This document shows, piece after piece, positions 28,476 to 41,744 of a stretch of 64,000 nt of DNA. Location: contig NW_024704743.1 in NCBI RefSeq assembly GCF_018977255.1, positions 76,758,001-76,822,000 of the forward strand, read 5' to 3'. This stretch comes from Callorhinchus milii. Lineage: Eukaryota. Below the pieces are notes generated by a model. That model made no database searches. It was not told where the DNA came from and saw only the letters and a list, made by a program, of their open reading frames with translations. The position numbers and the translations under genes are program-made. The stretch's first letter is position 1. Each line of letters starts with the position of its first letter.

Positions 28476-28531
28476 AACTTTCCCAAGGTGCAGTTGAAGA
28501 GGAAGGGCATGAAGTTCCTGAAAAGAGCTAG
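28476..28531 (+). CDS. Candidate terminal coding exon of the upstream gene (possibly BBS9)
   Basis: Strong acceptor tttgtgtctttttcag|AA; phase-1 reading xLSQGAVEEEGHEVPEKS*; AT-rich repeat-poor UTR with ATTAAA 29109 and AATAAA 29139. BBS9 lies upstream of BMPER in human and, as recalled, has a short phase-1 last exon. Sequence similarity is weak. Confidence 0.35.
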
Positions 28532-31500
28532 GACTTGGCTAGCAGATTAATTGAACAGTTTCTTCTGCCTGACTGTGAAGTGGTGTCAGGCCTGAATCAG
28601 ACCAATGTCTGCAATCATGCAGTCTTCACAAAGCAACTGTGTAATATTCCCTACTCACCTAAAAGGCTAAAGCAGAACCTGCTTAAAGGCTGTTTAGATG
28701 CTGGGAGCTTTGGTTAAGTAATACATGATACTTCCTACTTTTAAAGAGTTTCTGAGGCCAACAGTACTGTGGTAGTTTGTAACCACAGCAACAACATTGC
28801 TGAAAGCACCATTTTATAGCAAAGTGACCATAAAAAAGTAACACTGACCAAACTGGCATTCATTCCTTATGCATCGACAATATTCATTATAGTACTTCTA
28901 TGTTTCATATGATATTATTACAGTATTTGTATTCATGTTAGTTTTATTATTATGTTCTTTATCCAATAATAGTAACAACTGTCTAGTGTAAACTGTTTTT
29001 CTGTACAATTTCAGAAAGTGCAGGTTTGTGAATCAAATTTATGTTATTGAAATACCCGGGTATGTACCAATGACCAAATGAAGTAAAATATAGTTTTATA
29101 TCCATCTGATTAAAGATGAAATGTAAAGATGCTGGTTAAATAAACTAAAAATTAACAAATTTATTAAAATGCTGTAGTACGAATATGATAAATCTGTTGA
29201 ATCACTCTGGTGAGCAATTCCTTAAAAGGAGTTCACTGTACCAGCACAGATCATTCCTCAATTCATTCAATTGTTACGTCACGTGTCAGGAGTATTCGCA
29301 AACTATTGCAATAATTGGTGTTTAGTCTTGTAACCTCCCATTCACAGTGCTTTACTGTTAGGTTCCCTTGATACCTAACATCTATGTTGCATGTTGAAAC
29401 CTGACGCAGAATTAAAAAGGGGGGCTGGTGGGGAGGCATTCATGGTAAATTTGTCAACTTTGCAGACTGCCTCTTGCCACTTAGCTCAAACCATCAAATG
29501 CGGTAGATTAACCAAGAAAAGCCTCTTCCTCCATGAGTTTGAAACTGACTGTAACAAGTCATTTTAAATGCTTATTCATTTTTTAAATTGTTTCAGTTTA
29601 TTTCTGTTAATTATGTCTATTATTTTCAGCACCCTTCAAAATTCAGTCAGAAACAAATCTATTGTTTAAACTTGTAACTTTCTCTCTTTGTATGTATACC
29701 AATGGGGATTATAAGTAGCAACTAATTATGCATCCTTGCAGTGAATTAATCTAATTTTTAACCATAATCTGTTATTCATTGAGTTAGATCGTGTGTACAT
29801 ACAGTTGAGAAACTACGTTAATGCATACTTATCCCTCTAAGATCATTAGCTGGTTGGATGTCAAAAGATAAACAATCAAATGGTAGTTGTGAATGTTTTG
29901 GCACACTATGAGCATTGCAGTCAATCTCTTGTAACACTGAAGTTTACACTGAAAAAGTGCTCCATGGGAAAGCTGTATTGTTATTAGTGCCTCGCTGTCA
30001 AAAATAAGGCCTCAGGACATAAACTGCATTTCCTGCAGGGAACACCCTTTACACATGGCAACTCCGAGTCATTGGCTCCAAGATTATGTCAAGGCCAAGT
30101 CATGCGAGTCAGAATGACATACATGGAATTGCTTGCTGGAGACACAGTTTACACTGCAAGCAGGTTTTTCCGAAAGAGAGGCAACCATTCTGTTCCTGCT
30201 TTCTTATTCAATCCCGCTGTGTGGTTCCAAATCCTATTCACTAATGTAAATATGATTCTCCAGTTGTCAGTAAATTTATCAATTTGGGAAAATCCCACAC
30301 ACAGTAAGGCTCCACTCCTAAAGTTACGTTTACTGCCCAGAGGTAATTTAATGTCAGACCTTCTCCACTGCCATGGTCGTATCAATGAATGGAGAGTCAT
30401 CCTACAAGGCCCACTTATCTTTCCAAGAAATGGGAATGTTAAGTACTGACTCTGAAGCTACTGATTTCTTTTAACACAACAACTTCTTCTGTTGGGAAAA
30501 AGGGTTGCAATTCAATGCTAAGAAGCAAACAAATTGTTACCTCCCTGCCTTCCAGCAGCACAATCATTCCCAATGTTCTACAAAACACAAACTTTTAAGC
30601 TTAGTTCAAAATGGGAATTGTAGCACCAACAGTCTCAGACTACTTGTGTTGGAGGCATCTCCTCAGTAAGCAACAGTACAAGCAAGATGTAACATGGAAC
30701 ATTACTACGTTTACTTTTCCTCTATGAAACAATGGTGCAATTGTTGTAATTGTGCTGATCAGTTTGGAGCGGGTTTTAATGTTCAGTTCTGAGATAAAAA
30801 TGAATAATAGTTATTAGATATGAGGCATACTAGACTATTCTATGGGCGTATGCAGTGCTTTTAACACCCACAATCTTATTATGGCACAAACATAAGATTC
30901 CAAAGTGTTACTTCATTATTGTGAAATAGCACTTAACAATTGGCAGAATATGTTAAAGGTGTGCTTCAATAATCCTTTCTTCAGCCATGGCCGTACAATA
31001 AACCACAAGTGATAGCATGTTCCAAATATTCCCTCATGCTGCCTTGCTTGGGAGGTATGGCTCTTTCACAATCATAAAATAAGTACCATAATTTGCTACC
31101 ACTGATGAGCCAGCCTCTGTGTGTTTCTGTGTCCATCATGTATAATTTGCAGTTTAACATTTTCTTTTTAATATGTGTTTTATACAGTATATTTGGTGTT
31201 TGTTCATTTGAAACACCTTGTCCTGTTATGCCGTGTCACTTACTATGTGTGCTGAATTGTGCACCACTGGGTCAATGTCACATGAACTTGTCATCATAAT
31301 GGGAAATCACTCCAGCAAATAGCATCTGATCCAGTGATCTACTTGATGTTGTACTGAAGCACCTGTACACCTGTAATGGGTAGTTACAATCGATTATCAT
31401 AATTAGCAACTGTGATTTTGTGCCAGCTTTATCGGTGTGAACGAACTCCAGTTTAAAGTATACAAGTAAAACCAGGAGGTTACTGCCTCAGTTGGTAGTC

Positions 31501-33852
31501 AAGAACGTCTAGACACAGTCCTGGCTGGAGGCAGCAAAATTGTTTCAACAATATGTTTCCCAGCTAATGATCTCCCAGGCTGTTGAGGGATTCACGCTGG
31601 AGTCTGGCTGATGTATCCACCCTCAGAAGGAGGTTTGGCCAGAACATCAAATCCCACGGCTGCAGGAATAAAGTCACGGCATATGAATCGGTGTAGTCTA
31701 CACTCAAAAATGTCCCCTTAAAAACTCTTAAGGAGAGAGTTCAGTGGAGTTTTGAGGAAATGTTGTTTAAAAAGTTGATTATAAATAATTGGAATGTTAA
31801 GAATATTAAAAACAAACCTGATTAATGGATCTCTGCACTTGTGTTTATGTCTAATTGCACAGGCACAGAGCTTTTCTCAGCCCAGGTGAAAGTGACTGGC
31901 AATGAACCCAGCAGTATTTTTTTGACAGCTGAAGAACAACTGCATGATTCCTTCAAACATTCACACTGCAGAAATCACTGTTATCTTCTTAGGCACAAAC
32001 TGTCTATTTTTTTCAAATGTTTATTTACATTTTGCTTCAAAATATAGATAAAAATGTATATTGGGCATATGATGTCCATACCTTGCTCCATATAGAAGGT
32101 AAAGTATCTTGTAGGCCAAGGGCATATTATCTTGATAATGCTTACCGTTCAAGATCCTGCCAAAAGATACCCAGACCCAATAGCTTAAGGAAGAGATGTA
32201 TAAATATGATTAGTTGTCCGCTTGGCATTGGCCAGTATTTCAGTTCTTACCTGTGCTGCACATTATCCCCATTATTGCATTGCTTGAGGTCTAGTTTGCA
32301 GAATTTCCTAATGGGATTCCTTAATAAAGAACTGGAAGTGCATCACACTGACCCAATTCTGACACAATCAATTTACGGTTGATGGGAATTGTCATGGGAT
32401 ACCTTATTAAGGAATAGCAATAAACAATTTGGCAGATTAGATCCCCTTGTTGGTTAATGATCTATGATAGTGGTGCACAATGCAGATTTCTCTGTAATTT
32501 GTAATCCAGTCCATTTTAAACCATTGCACCTGAAAGTACGCTATACAATCTTTATGTCTCATTGTTGTTTGTGATTGTACAATTGTGTTTGCACTGTGCC
32601 ACACTGTGTCAGAAACCAATATTGATAAATGCATTATTTTAGTTGTACAACCACCATAAATCAAATAAATTATTTTACTATTTATTAAAATGTTGTCCTT
32701 GTTTTGTTTAATTCAGTTGTGTAAATTGCTGCTTGGTTGGAATGCTCAATATTCAGATACAAAAGTATCAATCAGTTTGTTCATTTGAGTTATTTTTTAT
32801 TCACGAAGCCACCATCTGGGATAATAGTGAAGAGTTGTTCATTCAAATCACCACATATCATGGGTATTATTCAAAATATTCAGATTCAGAATGTTGTGGG
32901 TTCAGCCTCGTGTGGAGTATAAACACCAGCACTGACTGGTTGGACCGAATGGCCTGTTTCCGTGATGTACATTCTTTGTAAATCTTTGTAAATTCCACAT
33001 CAGGGCTTGAGCTTATTGTTTAGCCTACCATTCCAATGCAGTATTGGGAAAATACTACATTAGTAAAGGTGGGACCTTTGGATGAGAAGTTAAACTTAGG
33101 TCCCAATTGCTTTGGATCCCAGAATTCTATTCAAAAGGAGATGGGAGTTTCTCCCAGTGTCCTAGCCAATATATCTCCAGATAAATCAGTCATTCACTTC
33201 ATGACTATTTACGAGGCTTTGCTGGAACAAATGTTTGCCTACAAAAAAGTCGCTAGTTGGCAATAATTACCTGTGAAGAAGTGCTATGAGATCATATGAC
33301 ACAATAAACCATATAACACGCACATTATGAGCTTTTTTTAAAATCTCATAAAGTTTGAAATGTCTGCTCCTTTAAAACTGCATTGTGCTATCCCATTATA
33401 TGGTACTTCTCGCTGTGCCCCGAATAGTCTCATGCCATGAATCTTTGATTTTTATTTATTAGTATTTATCTTGAATTTTAATTACTTTCCTGAAAGTAAA
33501 ATATATTTATCAACAACAACTTACATATATACAGCACATTTCACGTGGGGTAGAATCTCAGAGCACATAACGGTGGTGGAGCTTGACACTGAGCTGAGGA
33601 AAGGGAGGTGACGATAGGCATGGACGAAGAGGAAGGTGTTCAGGTACGATCTGGTAATGAGCACGGAGGGGGCAAAGCGGAGGGATTTATCTCGATCATT
33701 TATCTCACACCTGCATGAATGGTGCGTGGCAAAGTTTTCTTGTAATATTTTAAAAGTTGATTAATTATATTGCAATATATGTCCAGCGCCTTGAGACGTC
33801 CTCCCTAATGTGAAAGGTGATATATAAATGTAATTTGTTGTACCAACTGAAT

Positions 33853-34053
33853 CTGGCTCAGTTGTTAGCACTCTCGCTAGGCTGATGGTCCAGTCAGGGC
33901 TGGGGTTGTACTGCATTTTTGGAGGTGCTGTCCTTTGGATGAGTTTTTAAACCGAGACGTCATCTGCCTGTTCAACTGGACATTGAAGATCCATGGGCAC
34001 TATTCAAAAAGAGAATAGTTTCTCCCGGTATCCTGGCCAACAATTCCCAAATA
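33853..34053 (+). mobile_element. Deu-domain-like SINE, 5' part (continues at about 36047-36120)
   Basis: Same family as 23178; split by the L2/SINE insert. Confidence 0.75.
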
Positions 34054-35938
34054 CAACAACAACAACAAGATTCCATTTATAAAGCGCCTTTCACGTCAGG
34101 AGGACGTCCCAAGGCACTGCACAGTTGGGTCATGACCCGAGCAGGGGGGAAATGGTCAGGGTGAGGGGAGGGAAGGGAGGGAGCGAGGAGGGGGGAAATG
34201 GTCAGGGTGAGGGGAGGGAAGGGAGGGAGCGAGGAGCGGGGAAATGGTCAGGGTGAGGGGAGGGAAGGGAGGGAGCAAGGAGGGGGAAGAGAGTCGAGAG
34301 GGGAGCTGAAGGCTCGGTCAAAGAGAAAGGTTTTGAGACCGGCCTTGAAGGAGGAAAGGGAGGAGGCGGCGAAGGCACTGGGGGATGGAGTTCCAGAGCC
34401 TGGGGGCTGAGAGGCTGAAGGCCCGACCACCGATGGTAGGGCGGTTGGGGCGGGGGACGTGGAGCAGACCGGAGCCAGAGGAACGGAGGGTACGGGCAGG
34501 TAGGTAGGGGGATAGTAGGTTGGAGAGGTAGGAGGGAGCAAGGCCGTGAATGGCCTTGTAGGTGAGGATGAGGATCTTGAAATCAATCCTCTGGGGGATG
34601 GGGAGCCAGTGGAGGCGAGCGAGGGTGGGAGTGATGTGGTCGCGAAGCCTGGTGCGGGACAGTACACGAGCTGCAGAGTTCTGAATGACCTGCAGCTTGT
34701 GGAGGGAGGTGGCGGGAAGGCCGGCGAAGAGAGAGTTCCCATAGTCCAGCCTTGAGGTGACAAAGGCGTGAACCAGGGTTTCAGCAGCGTGAGGGGTGAG
34801 GTAATGGCGTAGTCTGGCGATATTCCGGAGGTGATGGAAGGCGGTGCCAGTTGTGGTGCGGATGTGAGGGAGAAAGGACAGCTCAGGGTCGAACAAAACG
34901 CCGAGGTTCCTGACTGGCTTTGAGAGGTGGAGAGTGCAGCCTTGGATGCTGATGGTGTCAGCGCCTGAGGTGCGGAGGCGCTGACGTGAGCCAATCAGGA
35001 GGGCCTCGGTTTTTCGCACGTTGAGCTGAAGAAAGTTGTCTCTCGTCCAGGACTCGATGTCGGACAGGCAGGCTGTCAGGACATCGGTGGTCGTGGAGTT
35101 GAGAGTAGAGGAGGAAAGGTAGAGTTGGGTGTCATCCGCATACATGTGGAAGTTAACTCCATGTCTGCGGATGATGTCACCAAGGGGGAGCATATAGAGG
35201 GTGAAGAGGAGGGGACCAAGGACAGAGCCCTGAGGGACACCACATGAGACAGTACGGGGGGTGGAGAAGCCATTCGTCGAGACAAAGTGAAGACGGTGAG
35301 AAAGGTACGACCTAAACCATTCAAGGACAGTGCCTTGAAGGTTGAGGTGGGAGGACAAGCGGTGGAGTAGGATAGCGTGGTCGACCGTATCGAATGCTGC
35401 CGATAGGTCGAGGAGGACGAGGAGACAGAGGGAGCCCTGGTCACAGATGGTCAGGATATCATTGGTGACCTTGACCAGGGCAGTTTCTGTGCTATGGGCA
35501 GCACGGAAACCTGACTGAAGGGGTTCGAAAAGTGAATGGGTGGAAAGGAAAGAGCGCAGTTGGGAGGCGACAACTCTTTCCAAGACCTTGGAGAGAAAGG
35601 GGAGGTTGGAGATGGGCCGGTAACTTGATAGCTGCGACGCATCAAGGGAGGGTTTTTTCAGGGTGGGCGTGATGATGGCAGTTTTTAATGGAATGGGGAC
35701 AGAGCCAGAGGAGAGGGACAGGTTGATGATGTCAGTGATATGTGGGGCAAGAAAGTGGAGCTGGGAGATAAGGAGTGGAGTGGGGATGGGGTCAAGGGAG
35801 CAGGTGGTTGGTTTTAGGGATAGGATGAGTTCAGTGACAGAGGGTGGGGAAACGGGTACGAAGGTGTGTAGGGGAGGATGGGTAGGAGTCAGAGTGTGGG
35901 AGGGAAGGGGTGGGTGGTGGGTGGAAGTTGGAAGTTGG
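34054..35938 (-). mobile_element. L2-clade LINE, 5'-truncated, young copy with long RT ORF
   Basis: ORF motifs [51 protein letters not shown] (35131-35142), HWLP, GGRAFS; 3' stem-loop and (TTG)n tail; no endonuclease domain. Confidence 0.96.
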
Positions 35939-36050
35939 AATAATAATAATCCTTTCATTTGATATAGCACCTTATCACGTCTTCTTGACATTTCGAAGCG
36001 CTTCACAGAATATACTGTATGTGAATTGACTGTATATTTGCGGGCGAAAT
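35939..36050 (-). mobile_element. SINE 3' fragment abutting the L2 5' end
   Basis: Reverse complement of the SINE family tail; supplies the spurious N-terminus of the 582-aa ORF. Confidence 0.85.
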
Positions 36051-36137
36051 AAAATTGATTATTCACTTCATTGCTGTGTGGAAATTGGCTGCCACATTCG
36101 CCTTCTAATACACAGTATTTTTACATCACAGTAAAAT

Positions 36138-36362
36138 GATAATAATAATAATAATAATCCTTGCATTTGATATAGCGCTTTTCACGTCTTCTAGACATCT
36201 CAAAGCGCTTCACAGAATAGACTGTAAAGTGAATTGACTGTATATTTGTGGGCGAAATGCGGCACACAGCAGTCTCCCACAAACAGTTGTGGATTGAAAT
36301 GACCAATTTATTTTTTTCGAGGGATTATTATCAGGCACGTGGAGTAAGGAAACTTGCCCAAA
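36138..36362 (-). mobile_element. tRNA-derived SINE, short subfamily, head missing
   Basis: Reverse-strand body from GGGCAAGTTTCCTTACTCC to the (ATT)n tail; an oppositely oriented tail fragment follows at about 36365-36458. Confidence 0.85.
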
Positions 36363-37279
36363 TTCCATAAAGCGCTTTGAGAAGTCTTCAAAATTCCATG
36401 AAGCGTCTTGATGACGTGACATGGCGCTATATCAAATGCAAGGATTATTATTATTATAATTTCACTGGGAATAAAGTTGAAATTGTTCCTACTCCTGGCT
36501 CACAATCTATAAAGGAGGAATTATGAAGAAGGTTGTTTATGAAAGGTGCAACTAGTGCTTTAACACTTACAGCATTACAGCATATAAATTGAACAATGTG
36601 TTCTTGAAAAGACTTAAGAAAAAAAATATTTGAAATGTTAAGGGACTATAATTTTAAAAAAGCTATGGAAGTGTTGACTCTGGCAGAAATCCATCAGTAA
36701 ACCACTTCTAATTTCATAAGATTTGAGGCAAGGAAATGGGAAGAAAAATAGAGAATAATAAGAAAATAAGCCCTGCATTTGTCCAAGTGCCTTTCTCGTT
36801 GGGAGGATGACTCAAAGCACTTGACAGGATTTACTGAAAAGTGTTGTGACTATTTGCCTTGTGGGTGAGCCTGGCAGCCAATTTGCACACAGCAAAATCT
36901 CATACACAGCCATGAATTGAATGACCAATTTTATCTGGGGGATTGGTAGCTAGGACACTGGGAGAATTCTGTCAAGCGCAGTTGTAATTTTATTGAATTT
37001 ATGCATGCATTTACTGTTCAATGAGCTCTGAGAGGCTAAAATCCATAGAAATCAACAAAAACAACATGCATTTCTATAGCACTCTTCACATATCTTGCAA
37101 CACTTCAGAAAGACAGGGTCAGGTACTGAACAAAGAATAAGGGGTAGGCTTGAGGTGGCAATGGGCTCAGTTGAAAAGGTAGGTTTTTATGTGGAATTTA
37201 AAGTCAGAGGGGGGACGAGATATAGATGGAGTGAGTTCCAGAGGTCAGGAGCATGGTTCCTGAAGGCTCAGCTACTACT

Positions 37280-37708
37280 AATAATAATCTTTGCATTTGA
37301 TAAAGCGCCTTATCCTGTCTTCGAGGTGACATCTTCAAGCTCTCAAAACGCTTCACAGAATATACTGTAAAGTGAATTGACTTCACAACACCTTGGGATG
37401 TCCTTGCAATGTGAAAGGTGCTATACAAATCTAATTTTATTGTTATTGTATATCTTGTGTGAAAAAGGTGGTAGCCAATTCCGCACAGCAGTGTCCCACA
37501 ATTTATTATTTTTTAAAAAAGTTTGAAGGAATTATTACCCCCGAAAAAGCGATCCACCAATTGACTAACAATCGGGTTCTTACTTACTACTAAGTAAACG
37601 GAGATGTGTGGAGTAAGGAAACTTGCCCAACATTTCGCCCTGCCGGGAATTGAACCCAGGTCTCTCACTTGCGAGGTAAGTGCTCTAACCACTGAGCTAC
37701 AGGTCTCC
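37280..37708 (-). mobile_element. tRNA-derived SINE, long subfamily, interrupted by an L2 tail
   Basis: Head at about 37708 (accactgagctacaggtctcc), tail at about 37280; a + strand L2 tail sits inside at about 37386-37450. Confidence 0.85.
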
Positions 37709-38689
37709 ACTGGTGGGGTGGAGGGGGCTACAGTCGGGTAATCTCAGAGAATTCCCAATTGTAGTTATAAGCCATCACTTTTATAGGATCCAGGACCTTC
37801 TGGAAATGCACAGTCTTTATTCACTGTTGGAAACAAAATACTAACTCTATCCTTTACCTGCATACTGGGGGATTATGGCAGCAAATATTTTTGGGAGAAG
37901 AGAGAATGCGTTGTGAGATGTGATACTCATCATCGGTGATAATTATCATATTACATATTGTATTTTCTCTTTGTTGTTGTTTCTAATCTCATATAATCAA
38001 CCTCTACATGAAACATCAAATGAAACTGTTATCCCATTGATCAACCAAACATCTCCTTTGATAGATGTACTAAAATGTGCATCATATACTAGACTGTGAG
38101 AATAGAAAGAACATCTATCCATTAGGGAGGAAACAAAGGAAAGATCCTGCAAGTTTAATTTTACAAGCAGCCAGCATTATATCTGTTCTTAGAGATCTTT
38201 CAAAGAGATGAAACCATATCTGGAACGCAAGTAGATTTATAACAATAGCAATCCTTTCATTTGATGATAGTGCCTAGAATATCAAAATGTCCCAAAGCGC
38301 TTCACAAGGATTTGCTGTCAATCGTGGTAACTATGTAATTGTAGGCAATCATGATAGCCAAAGTCTATGCAAAGCAAAGACTTATGAACAGCCATGGAGT
38401 CAAGAATCAATTAATTTGGAGAATTGTTGGCCAGGACCCGAAGAGAAAATCCCTTCGCTTGTAGAATAGTGTCATGCAATCTTTAACATCCACCTGAACA
38501 AGCAGATAGGATTAGGCTAACATCTTTGGTCCACCTCATGAATAAAAGAAAAACGACTAGTTTTCCAATATTTTTGCCAAGATATAGTGTAATCGGGTTC
38601 AATACCACCACTGTGTATAATAATCCTTGTAGCTGATATATGGCCTCATTGCCTCGACAAGACATCTCAAAGCACTTCTCAGAATTTTA

Positions 38690-39027
38690 CTCTAGTGTGC
38701 AGTGGCTGTAATTGTAAGCAAACAAGGCAGACGATTTGTATACAACAATATAGCCAATAAAGAGAATGATCAATTTTATCTGGGGGATTGTCAGCTAGGA
38801 TACCTTTTTGAATGGGGGTGCCATGGGATCTTTAACATCCAGCTGAACAGGCACATGGAAGTCAGTTTAATGTCTTGTCCAATGGACAGCACCTCCGACA
38901 ATACAGTACTCCTTCCTTACACTGCATTGGAGTGTCAGCCTAGACTGTGAGTTTCAAATCACAAAGTGGCTTGAACCCACAACCCTGTGACTCAGAGGCG
39001 AGAGTAGTAGCAGCTGAGCCAAGCTCA
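38690..39027 (-). mobile_element. Deu-domain-like SINE
   Basis: Reverse complement of the head (ctgagccaagct, cttgaacccacaacc) and body of the same family. Confidence 0.75.
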
Positions 39028-40309
39028 TATCACAAAAGAGTTTATAATGAAGAATACTCACACCACCATCTCAGTAAGATTGATCACAAACAGTAGTACA
39101 CAAATCATTCACTTTCTGGGAAGATGCACTGGAATTTTTGCCAGAGAGGATGCTCCTAATTCTGTTCTTTGTGGCTAGAAAAATTGATACAAACTATTTC
39201 CAGAGCAAGAATGTAGTGACTTCATACAGGTTTAGATTAAAATGACTGGTGTTAAGAATATGCAATATATGTGATGATTGCTATATGATTATATTGTGAT
39301 TAGCCCATTTCAGTGGATCCACTTACCTGGCCCGCTGATGCGTTATCTCATCAAATACTTTGTGCTGTCTGAGTTGGCTGGAAGAACACATCAAAAGTTT
39401 GGCCACTCACTCTAATTAATCATTCAATCAGGTCAGAGTTCAATGATCTGACTCCAAACTGGCTGAAAATAACTTTTATGAGCAGCTTTCAGTCAATCAG
39501 ATAGATTTTAAACTATCTAAAATGGACAGAAATTCAGTGGAAGGAGGTGGGAACTCAAACAAATAGATAAAAAATAAAACATTGTATAAAACAGAATTCG
39601 AGAATATTGATAGGAAGTATAAAATAAAACAGAGAATATTGAAGAGCGACTAAGGAAGGGAAAGAGCAGAGTAATTGATTTTGACTTTTCAGTAGGATTT
39701 TAAAATATATTTTATTCATATTTTAGCAAGGTTATAGTGATAAATCTGCTGCTAATATCTCAGAAATCTCAGACATCCTTGATGAAAAATGTGAGTGCTG
39801 TAAATGGAAGTCCTCCCAGTGACTATGTCAGGCTGAACTATGGGAACCCCACTCTCATGGATTCTACTTCTACTGAGTTTCTGCTGCAAATTCCAATGCA
39901 ATTTTTATTAAACAAAATGTACAGAACTTTAAAATATTTATTTACACTATTTTGTAAACATTCTTCTTTTCCTTTGGAATAGAAACATGACACCCGCCGT
40001 CAATAACATTTACCATACAATTTTTTTAAAATCTGAGAATGAGAAACTATATACTTGGGAGAACTTTTTAAAAAAATTCTATTGTTTTTTTTGAACAAAT
40101 CGCATTATCTTTTTTCAGCACTTTCCTTAAGTAGCAATGTGTGTGGTGGGACTGTATTGCTATTTTAGTGCTGATTAACCTGCTATTGCATACTTCTCCA
40201 TGCATTGAACAGAACTTCTGATTCAGAATGAACAGTGAACCATTACAAGGTCATCATTACATTTCATTTTTGTTGATTTCCATTAGTAATCTGCCTATAT
40301 GTTCTGGGT

Positions 40310-40580
40310 GTCAGCTTGGCTCAGTTGGTAGCACTCTCGCCTTTAGGTCAGAAGGTTATGGGTTCAGGTTAAGCAGACATTGGATGAGTGCTCCATTGTT
40401 GGAAATGGTGTTCTTTGGATGAAAGGTTAAACCAAAACCCTCATCTTTTCAGAAGGCAATTTTGGGAATGAGAAAATAGATTTTCCTGGTGTTCTAGCCA
40501 GCAATCCTTCAGATTAACTGGGCATTCATCCAGTGGCTATTTCTGGGACCTTGATGTTTGCATTGACTGGCACGTTTCCC
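40310..40580 (+). mobile_element. Deu-domain-like SINE
   Basis: TCAGCTTGGCTCAGTTGGTAGCACTCTCGCC head plus diverged body. Confidence 0.7.
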
Positions 40581-41744
40581 ACCAAAATAGTTATGGCTAC
40601 TGAAAAAGTAGGTTTGGACTTGATAAGATGCTATAAAAGTCATTCCTTATACACATCCACAAAATACGCAGTCACTCCACTTTACAGTACACCCTGTGAA
40701 GCACTTTGAGACGTCTCGACGACATAAGGCTCTATATCAAATATAAGGATTATCATTAATAAAATCCCGTGAAACGCTTCCTGTGACGCCGTGACTAGGT
40801 GTAAAGCCAAATGCAAATATTATTCTTATTACCAAAAAAAATGCTTTTGCCCTCCAGTTGAACTGCGGTGTGTAAAAGCATTGGCGTTATAGTCGCCCTC
40901 TGTGTGTCCAGCGGTTTGGTTAGGACTGGATGGGATCAGTGTAATGCTATACCTGAAAGTCTCACGTTGTGGGGAGCTGTGCTGCAGTGCTGATAGCAGG
41001 TGCCAGTGTCTCAGCCCCACAGCCTGTGGTTTCCACTGGCCTCTCATTCATGAATAGCACGTTAGATTACTTCTAACAGATCTGCCAGGCGCCAAAACAC
41101 TCTGCTGACAAAAGAACCTTGTTAAAACCATCTGAGGCCATTTGTTCGTGTTAGTTTTTTCAGATTCATTAAGTTCCTGACCACGATCGCTGCTTCAAGG
41201 GGGGAAAAAAAAACCCCAGCCACGTTACAAGTGTTTTAGGACGCTTTGTAAAAACGTTCCCAAAGACTGGCTGGCGATCGATTGGATCTTGAGATGATAG
41301 TTTCACTCTGATGTTTTATCTCTTTAGTGCCAGACTTAACTTACCGTTTATCATCCCCTTCCCTGAAATGTGCAAAATCGCTGGAGATAAAATGCTGTGC
41401 TGTTGGATGAAGTTCATGTGTGCAGGAATGTACACACTGGGTTCCAGCAAACCCAAGCTGTCTGCAGGGCATGGCAGTGTAGTGGAGATCCCCAAAAGCA
41501 GAGGCAGTCAGATGCATAGCTTCCAGGCTGACTCTCCGGAGAACACGAAGGCAAAGATTGGATCTGCAACAATATTTTTTTNCTCTAAATGGCCTTTCTG
41601 TGTCCCTAGGTACTTGCAGTAAAAATACCACATTGATCTGTACCCCCACCCCACCTCAACAGACAACACAGCCCACAGCTCGCCTTTCTGAGGCAGAGGA
41701 GTTTAAGTCAAATATGTTGATGTTTCTGTAACTAGGAGTTGCTC

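Noticed and set aside
30072..30449. 125-aa ORF and overlapping 83-aa antisense ORF
   Set aside because: No motifs and no convincing splice sites; more likely non-coding.
34248..35444. Overlapping Ser/Pro/Thr-rich ORFs of 248 aa and 122 aa
   Set aside because: Alternative frames of the C-rich L2 strand; no independent evidence.
34318..36066. 582-aa ORF as a host gene or complete LINE ORF2
   Set aside because: The first ~43 codons are read through a SINE tail, and the rest is a 5'-truncated L2 lacking the endonuclease.
41582..41582. Ambiguous base N inside ORFs 41311-41622 and 41341-41649
   Set aside because: Sequencing uncertainty after a T run; the ORFs have no coding support.
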